This document shows, piece after piece, positions 33,401-41,067 of a stretch of DNA of 41,067 bases. Position 1 is the first letter of the stretch; each line of letters starts with the position of its first letter. The stretch is from Welwitschia mirabilis. Taxonomy: Eukaryota. The DNA lies in contig JBOZIK010000001.1 of assembly GCA_051453625.1 (NCBI GenBank), positions 12,628,630 to 12,669,696 of the forward strand. The letters are read 5' to 3'. Under the pieces are notes generated by a model. That model did not search any database. It was given only the letters and a program-made list of their open reading frames with translations, and was not told where the DNA came from. The position numbers and the translations under genes were made by a program.

Positions 33401-34749
33401 CAGATTAGAAGGGAGCAAAATTGAAAATTTGTGTCTTGAAATTTCCTTTCCCAAAGGCAAGAAATAATTTCACATTGCATGAAAAGGTCACTTTATGGTT
33501 CTTACATTGAACTGGTAACATAACGGAATGCCTAAGACCTTCCCTCCATGTCTTGTGAAACGATCTGAATCATAAGAGTGGTGAAAGTGTCAGAAAATTT
33601 CAAGCTAAAATAAACTTAACATGAAGAACAATAATTAAGATCTCTGAAATGAAAACTACTAGAAGTAGATAGAAACTTGAGAAAGTACCTAGAAGCAAAT
33701 CTCCAAATGAATTTTGATGCTTCATCCTACAAAATAAGAATAAGTCAAATTAAAGCAATGACATCGACTTGAAGGGATAATTATGCACAAGAAAGGACAC
33801 ACTAAATTCTTATAGTGGTTCGACACAGAGACAATTTTTGTCAATCTCAATTTTCTCTCAGAATGGAGATAGGAGGACTTAATTTCGGATCTGTGCTAAC
33901 ACTTCAACAAGAATGTATATTTTATGGATTTACGTTTAACCTTTGCGTGTATGGGTGCTTGTAGGTCCTATCCTAACCTTCTAAAGATCATGCAAGAGTT
34001 ATAAACATATTTTAGATACTTATTCACTCCATTGAAGACAATAGTTATCTTTATGATGTTGAATAAAATAAAGTTTAGCTCAAATGGAGAATAGAGTGAA
34101 TTTAGCACATAGGTGCGAAGTCTTTTAACAAATAGAGAACAATAGCAGCGGTGTCTATAGAGTAAGTTTAATCTTTTACAATTCTACAAACATTTACAAA
34201 GGTCAGAAGAACTAGAGGAAATGTTGGCAAGGTTCCTCTAAGAGATGTGGCACTTTTATGTTAGCATGTGAAGCCAAATCTTGTATTATGTTAGGCTATA
34301 ATGTTGTAATGGAAGGGTAACTTTGGTAGTACATTTGCATGTTGTTATTAAAATTCAAAGTATAAAGTGGGACTTAGAAGTAAATGGAGGGTGAGGTTAG
34401 AGTTTTCTACGAGCTTGGCTTGGGTTTAAAACTCTAGCCCCATTTAAAGGGCTTGGATCCTTACACATCATTTGACAAGAAGTTCATTTGCTTATTGATA
34501 ATATAGTTCTTCCTTCTTCATGGACATTTCCCTTTGCCTTCAAAGTTTTAGCATATAAATTTGTGCATCTTGTGGCCCTTCTTGGTTTTTGCCTTTTTGT
34601 TATTTCATGCTTTGTTGCTTTTGTTTTTGTTTTTAACTTTTGGTTTTTTGTAATAGTGCTGGTAGAGTGTCAAGTTTTGATCCTTGGATTTTAGCAACCA
34701 AATGAATAAGAAGTTAGCATAGAGGTTTGGGAAAGGCATATCTAGGGTT

Positions 34750-35630
34750 TATTGGTCCTATGTAGAGATTAGTGTAGATCTTTGAGGATGTGCAATGTGA
34801 GCTTGAAGGATTCAGGGCCTCAAAGGCGTAGTTGGTTGGCTTTTACATGCATATTCTTGATTTAGTAGGAGCCATGAAGACAATTATTGCTATTGTTGAA
34901 AACTTTGATCCAAGGCATTATGGTTTGTGAACGATGAAAATCTGAGATCTATTACATGAGAAAATAGGAATGCTCCTAATTCTTGCAAATCCTCGTCTAT
35001 GTTTGATGAGGAATGGTTAAGGTTAAATCAAAGGTAGCTTGGCTTAGTTTGGTGGTGCACTGTTGATCACATCATGGCTAAGTACTAGGAAGAACAAATG
35101 ACAATAGGGCTATTGAAGGAGATGGAGTTACATTTCCAAGGTATGAATGCATGGAATAAGTTTATGTTCACAGAAAGCTTCATCATATTGATATGGAAGT
35201 CTTTGAGAAGTTGTTATAATTTTTGGCGTTTCTTGACACGATTTAATGTCCCAGTAGTAGATCTAAAAGTAGTAGGTTACAAGGTTGTTGGCAACGAGCA
35301 ACATATGGTGTCTAGCATATGTGATGATAGTTGTCTTTTGTTTCTTTTACAACCTTCATAGATGTTGTCTATGACAACTTGCATAACTATGTTAGGTTCA
35401 ATCTCCTCCACAACATCAACCAAAATATCAAAAAGATAATGGCTATTTCTCACATAAGGCATAGAATCAATGGACTTCAAAAATATGGTATTCATGCCAC
35501 CATGACCAAAATATTGACAAAAATTCTTCCTTTAACATCAATCCAGTTGTCATGCATTATTGTGTAGCCAATTCTATCCCAATCCCTTTTTGTAGGTTTC
35601 AACTTTGGCAATAGTTTCCTACACCATTCA
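34750..35630 (-). mobile_element. hAT transposase fragment (DUF659 region), degenerate
   Basis: GRIFVNILV...NTIFLKSIDSMPYVRNSHYLFDILVDVVEEIEPNIVMQVVIDN matches FLKSIDAS...VVEEVG..NVVQVVTDN. Left boundary approximate. Confidence 0.85.
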
Positions 35631-36173
35631 AAGTTTACAATAAAAGAAATAAAAATATAGAACATTTGAAAATAAAAGAAATATTAAAACATGCAATAAA
35701 AACACCAAAAAGGAAACAAAGAGGAAATAAAATTGGAAGAGGGTTGTACTTGATATTGTAAGTTATCATGAGGCCAAACCTTATATTTTCCCCTTTATAT
35801 TAAAAGGGACCCTCTGTTGTAAAGTTAAAAATAAAATAATTCGAAAAAAGGAGTGTGTGGTGTAAATGTTAATTTAGGGCTTTGTATCAAACCCAAATGT
35901 TGTAAATGAAGGGTAGGGGTTCCCTATGTGGGTGTGGTTGTGATTTAATTCATTTGCATTCTCACTTGTGGGTTGTGGCTTGAGCTAGAGGAATGACTTG
36001 TGTTCCTTGTGATTGCTAGCTTTGCAGTTGATCTAATAGAGCTTTGTGTTGGTTCGAGGAAATAGGATGAAAAGGGTCCGAACCTCTTTAAATTGTTTGT
36101 GTGCATGTTTGTTTGTTATTTTATTGTTTTAATGCCTTTTTGCTTGTTAGTAAACCATATTTCTTCTTCAACA

Positions 36174-36292
36174 ATGACCCTCAAACTAGATTATAGTTGG
36201 GCCCTTTGTAATCAGTTCCTAAACCAGCTAACACCTCAATTATGTGCTTATCTTATGGCAACTTGAATACATTAAATGGAATTTGTTGGGAT
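36174..36292 (+). mobile_element. Possible N-terminal BED-finger fragment of a hAT transposase, cut by the Sirevirus LTR
   Basis: MTLKLDYSWALC...IMCL...NGI, frameshifted. Weak. Confidence 0.3.
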
Positions 36293-37381
36293 TGTAACCA
36301 CCCTAGAGGGGATTAAATGGGGTTTTTCAAAATAAACCAAAATAACTTAAATAAATTTCAAAGCACAAATGAGAAATAATAAACAAAAGAAAAGATGCAT
36401 CATTGATTTTTATGGTGGTTCCCCAATCTAGCCTACTCCAACCTCAAGGGGTAGCAGTAGCCCTTAGCCTTCTGGTTCCCTTAGCATTAAATCAACACTT
36501 ACAACTTTGATCAACCCTTCTCACCAAGGGTTTCCTTGACCAAAGCAAAACAACTTGCTCTATCTTGTGAGCAGATTTTTAGTCACCCCTTTTCACCAAG
36601 GGTTCCCTAATCTACAAATAACTTGCTTAATCCTTTGAGCTAGTTTTAGTCAACAATGGCCTGATGGAAGTTGTGCCTTCTTTCTGCACAATATGTCAGC
36701 ATATAATACAAATATGTCTTGAGGAAAGATTACAATAGTTAGGAGCAGAGAGACAATAGAAAAGAAGAGATTTAGGTGCAGATTAATTTTCACAATATGG
36801 TTTTGCTTCTACAGTTCAAATCTGAACTTTTTTATATAAGGGCATGGAGTTAGTTATTGAAAAGATTGGTGGGAGGCAGTCATTCTCGACCTCTGTGTTG
36901 CTAATGCATGCCCACTAGGCATTGGAGTCAGATGCAACTTGAATTTATTTAGTCTTGAAATGATTTGAGTTTAATTTTTGCCCAATATTCACATTGCTCT
37001 CGTGGCTTGGACGTGCCAATAGAAATTCCGAATGTCCCAATTGGTCCTTAGATCTTTCTCTAAAAATCTAGAACGTCCTAATTAGAAATTTGGACATCCC
37101 AGCTTGATCTCAATTTCCTCCTCTATAATGCTCAAAAATCATACAATGAATCTAGAATGTCTTAGGTCCCATTTACCTATCTTTGATAGTTGAAAAACCT
37201 AGACATCCCATAGAAAAACTAGGAGGTCCCATGATCTGATCCTCAACTTTTAGACTTGTAAAGAACTAAATTCATTTGACGAATAGATCATGAGGGATGA
37301 TGGAACTTCTCCTCTCCAAATTTGATCTCCACGAGCTGGTTAATCATTTCAACTTGCTTCTCATTGAAAATTGCTTTAACA
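36293..37381 (-). mobile_element. 3' LTR (~1.09 kb) of a Sirevirus (SIRE/Maximus, Ty1/copia)
   Basis: Termini TG...CA. CCTAGAGGGGATTAAATGG near the left end resembles the reverse-complemented C-rich Sirevirus LTR end signal. Internal GGACGTCC-like repeats at ~37010-37230. Adjacent PPT AAAGGGGGAGAT on the minus strand (37382-37393). Confidence 0.85.
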
Positions 37382-39300
37382 ATCTCCCCCTTTTCAATGA
37401 TGACATGTCTTGAAGTGCTCTGACAAGGAGAGAACTAGAAGATGAGGGCTCGTATGCTGTACTCCTCTTCAAGTAATGCCCTTTAGAGCATAAGGAGCGT
37501 TCAAATTTTGATAAGCAAGAGCATCGGTTGTTTACACAACCGTATTTGTGTCTTAGTCCCAAGGGTATCTTGCAAAACAAAGTTAGTGGAACAAATGTCC
37601 TCTGCTAAAAAAGGCATGGTAGTGCATTGTTATAATCATTCATATCAAAAATTGATAAACATATTCTTCCCCTTTTGTCATCAATGAAACACAACAAGGG
37701 CTGCTAGATAAAACACTAGGTATAGGTAAGAAATTATTAAGTAAAAACATGAACCAGGCATTGTAGTAGGACCAAAATACAGTAGTACATGCCATTCATT
37801 GAAGTTCATCTAAACATATCTAATTAGCTGAGTAGATGCATAAGTTTCATGAGGTAAGAAATGCATAACAAAATGACAAGATAAGAAGACGATAGGAAGG
37901 AAAATCAAGGAGATGAGGGAGCTACTAAAGGATCATCACAAGAAGGTGTTTTTGTTGCTTCTTTTTCTTCATCTGAACTTAGGAGAATGTTAGATCCATG
38001 ACCTGCCAGATCAAATATTACTTTATCAATTTCCTTGTCAATCCTGCTCAAGGCCTTTAAGATTGCTACATTTGAGTTAGTGGGGGAACTCAAATCTTCA
38101 TCTAGACGTCTTCTTTTGGAAAGTACTGGAGGAGGAGTGGGGTACAGGGATTGTGGTGCTATGAGTAGTATGATTTTTGGTCCCCATTTGTTCCACGTGG
38201 GGACCTAGTGATTATACAACCTAGTTCATGGGACTATGAACTTGTCCACATAAGGAATGTTAAATCATGAGAAGTTGTAGACTTTGTGAATCTTCTTTTC
38301 AGAATAAGTCAGACATTTGTACGCCTTTCTTATTTTTTTCGATCTCTACTTCTTTCATTTATTTAGGAAGATATTCAAACGACTTTCATTTTGTACTTCT
38401 TTTTCTCCTCGGATGCTAACATCTGGATGGAAATCCATTAGAGGAAATGTCTTAACAAGAAACAGTGAGATTCTAACGTCCTTGTTTTTCATTAGCAATC
38501 AGTTTTATGAATATACATTGTAAAATGATATGTAATGCTCCATGAAGGAGGTGTAATTGATCCTAAAAATATCACACCCGTTTATTTACAAGAGATTATC
38601 ATCTCCTACAAGCATCACATACATCATGACGTCTTATATTACCTGTCTTGTGTATGAATCCATTCTTATAATGCCTTTATAATAGCTGCAATACTAAATC
38701 TGTTTCACACCTGTCAGGACATCATAGCATCAAGGAAATCTCAATGCGTGGTGAGAATGCTAAGTTGGTCAACTAAACTATAAGCTAGATAATTGAAGAA
38801 GTTAGGCTATCATTGTATCAAATAGAAAATAGATGAGTTGTTACTGTCATAGGGTATTTAAAGTAAACTTGCATACTTGAAAATTGGAAATAAATCACAA
38901 GTTGTGCTGTCATCCCTGAGAAGCATGATGTACACTATGGTCCTCCTTCTTGCTTGTCCTGTATCCCAATCTGTTCCTGTAGTCAATTATGTGAGTTAGA
39001 TTCCTAAACTTGTCCCATGACTGTTGAGGCTCGTCTGCACAAAGAGATCTTAGTGCACTGTTAGAATGCTATATCTATAAACAATTAAATAAGTTAAATT
39101 AATTAAACAATTAGGTTAGCACTATATCAAAATAAAAGAAGTGAAATTACTGTCCTAGAGTATTGAGATAAAACTAGTATACTTGAAGATTGAAGTAAAT
39201 CACAAATTATGTTGCAACTTAATTTGCAAACTAACTTCTGAGAATAAGATAATAGACAGTGAAATAAATCAAATAACTACCACACAGGAACAAGTTTAGT
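37382..39300 (-). mobile_element. Sirevirus 3' internal region: multiple PPT, decayed env-like/extra ORF (~37905-38630), tandem repeats
   Basis: Second PPT-like signature TCTTCCCCTTTTGTCATCAA at ~37665-37684. Minus ORF ILKALSRIDKEIDKVIFDL. Diverged repeats at ~38800-38910 and ~39110-39215. Confidence 0.6.
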
Positions 39301-39548
39301 TATTAGCTAAGTTATGGAGATGAGATACAAATTTTTCCAATAAAATTGGAAACCTCCTATATCATTTTTCTTTTATATATCCTCTATGACATGTCTTGTT
39401 GACCTGATGTTTTCATTTATTACTTATTCATTACATTATGAAAATTTCGTTTTTTCAGACTCAGTAATTAAGAGAGTGATTCAACATTACATATGATGTA
39501 TGCTTCAACTGCAACAAACCAATTAAGAAATTTTTAATTTGTCTACAG

Positions 39549-39618
39549 GGTCTCTCATGGTTATGGGAAGAAGCAAGGTCTTCGATGGAATATAGTAGAT
39601 TGAAAAATACAAGAAAGG
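39549..39618 (+). CDS. Probable exon 4 of the RWD/IMPACT-like gene (GLSWLWEEARSSMEYSRLKNTRK)
   Basis: T-rich acceptor TTTTTAATTTGTCTACAG|, open in phase 0 matching exon 3, donor G|GTGAGG. No strong motif support. Confidence 0.55.
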
Positions 39619-39780
39619 GTGAGGAATCTCAACTAGAATCTTTCTTGCAAGTGTCCAAATAATTAACAGCTTTTTGATGAAAAACTTTATTTTGGTGAAT
39701 AGATTATTCTAATGGCTGCATTGTAGGAATTAAACAAAGCTCCCTATAAATGTGGTAATATCCAAATTGTAGGAATTAAG

Positions 39781-39842
39781 TCTCAGTCTTAAAATTATTT
39801 GATTAGAAGATTCTCAGTCTTAAAATTATTTGATTAGAAGAT
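39781..39842. repeat. 31-bp perfect tandem duplication
   Basis: TCTCAGTCTTAAAATTATTTGATTAGAAGAT x2. Confidence 0.95.
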
Positions 39843-39949
39843 TTGCAAAAAAAGGCTCATTGCTATGCGTGATGCCCTTATAAATTCTTACGTTATGATA
39901 ATTTTTGTTAACTTTGTTAGCTTGTGCTTGCCATTTTTTCCAAGTTGAA

Positions 39950-40200
39950 CCCATGCATATATCTAATTGTTCAAATTGATCTTAAGATTTTTCTATTCAT
40001 ATGTTGATCCACATATTTGTGCTAAGAACATTGGGATTTCAAAGATGCGGGCCAATGCTATTATCTTGGTTACCATGATGGCACAACAAGCATATCATTC
40101 TCTTTGGTCCATACGTCTGACAATTTTATTCTATAGATGGTCATGTGATCTATCACATGAAGGCCTTAGTTTTAGGACTTTTATTGGTTGATCCATAGGT
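39950..40200 (-). mobile_element. Small LINE zf-RVT fragment
   Basis: Minus strand reads SPKTKAFM* ... ICLLCHHGNQD...HL, like PKIKxFMW...CxxC...HL. Confidence 0.45.
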
Positions 40201-40340
40201 CATTTTTCTTTTTCTTTTCTTTCTTTCTTTCTTTTTTCATTTCCCCCCCTTTTTTTGCTTCCTTATTGTCTTACTATTGGGCGTATGATACTTTTAGAGA
40301 TTAGACAAGTAGGCAAGTGTTTGTTTCATCAGAGCCAAAG

Positions 40341-40350
40341 NNNNNNNNNN
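40341..40350. other. Assembly gap (10 N)
   Basis: Run of N. Confidence 1.
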
Positions 40351-40715
40351 CCTCATCCCAACCCCTTTTATTGGAGGATTTTGTTCACATTTTATAATAA
40401 AAATTCATTTCTTGTTTTATCAAAATTTGATTTTGTGCTCATCTTTGGTGTTTGGCTCTTATGTTCTCCTTCGTACAGTCTTCTCTTGAGACACCTTTTT
40501 TTAAGTGTTTCTTCATTAAAAAAAGTGGTACTCAATTGTTCCACATGTTTTTTGCCAAGAATGTGTTTTTCACCAACCATGTTTTATTGTAAATCTGACT
40601 TGTGTTCACTTTATTCTATAACATAACTCATTAAAGAACCCTTTATGTTATTTATTTTATAAAATACTCATATATATATATGCATGTATATATATTATTT
40701 CTTATCTCTTCCTTC

Positions 40716-41000
40716 TTTTTGACAAAGAGGAATAAGCCTCATATATTAAATCAAAAGAAGTTAGTATAGATTACAAAGGACATAGCCTTACATGAACAAC
40801 ACATTCCAGCTTATAGAAGAACTACCCAATATAGTTTCTGGGGGGAGTGGTGGTTTAACCCTAGAAATGCTTCCTTGTCTACCAGATTCAAAAAATATAG
40901 CAGATCGAAGCACAACCATAGATAAATATAGTAAAACAATGGGAGGTGAGGGGAAGTTTTTAGGATCCAAAACACCCTAGAAAAGGTTGGGGGGAGAGAA
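40716..41000 (-). mobile_element. Possible 3' end of another LINE
   Basis: TTTTTGACAAAG...TATATTAAATCAAAAGAAG...TTACAAAGGACATAGC resembles the LINE-B 3' end (TTTTTGAGAAAC...TATATTAACTCAAAATAAG...TTACAACATAGC). Confidence 0.45.
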
Positions 41001-41067
41001 GGGGGGGGGGGGGGGGTTGTAAATGGTTTTTAAAATTATTAAAAATTTTAAAAAAAAAAATTAAATA

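Noticed and set aside
31870-33545. TSD for the putative retrocopy (AAGACCT at ~31876 and ~33534)
   Set aside because: Only 7 nt with unclear boundaries; compatible with chance.
41001-41017. Poly-G run as a functional G-quadruplex
   Set aside because: Simple homopolymer at the window edge with no supporting context.

Overview
AT-rich, transposon-dense eukaryotic DNA from a large-genome land plant. A fern, lycophyte or gymnosperm-like lineage is my inference. One host gene spans the window on the + strand: an N-terminal RWD-domain protein most like IMPACT/Yih1. Its exons are at 2146-2167, 2257-2348, 28701-28919 and probably 39549-39618, and it probably continues past the window end. Its ~26.4 kb and ~10.6 kb introns are filled with decayed elements: several L1-type LINEs, Athila-like Ty3/gypsy remnants, an LTR-like repeat in two copies, a Sirevirus 3' LTR with env-like region, hAT transposase fragments, a hAT MITE with TSD, a processed inositol-polyphosphate 5-phosphatase pseudogene and a probable second retrocopy. 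The most notable observation is that two quite different LINEs (one on each strand) each carry a homologous extra ORF ('ORF3') directly 3' of the RT/zf-RVT ORF2. It resembles accessory proteins normally found in plant LTR retrotransposons, and in one LINE it lies inside the target-site duplication. No CRISPR, rRNA or tRNA genes were recognised. There are three assembly gaps. All homology calls come from motif recognition by eye, not database searches.
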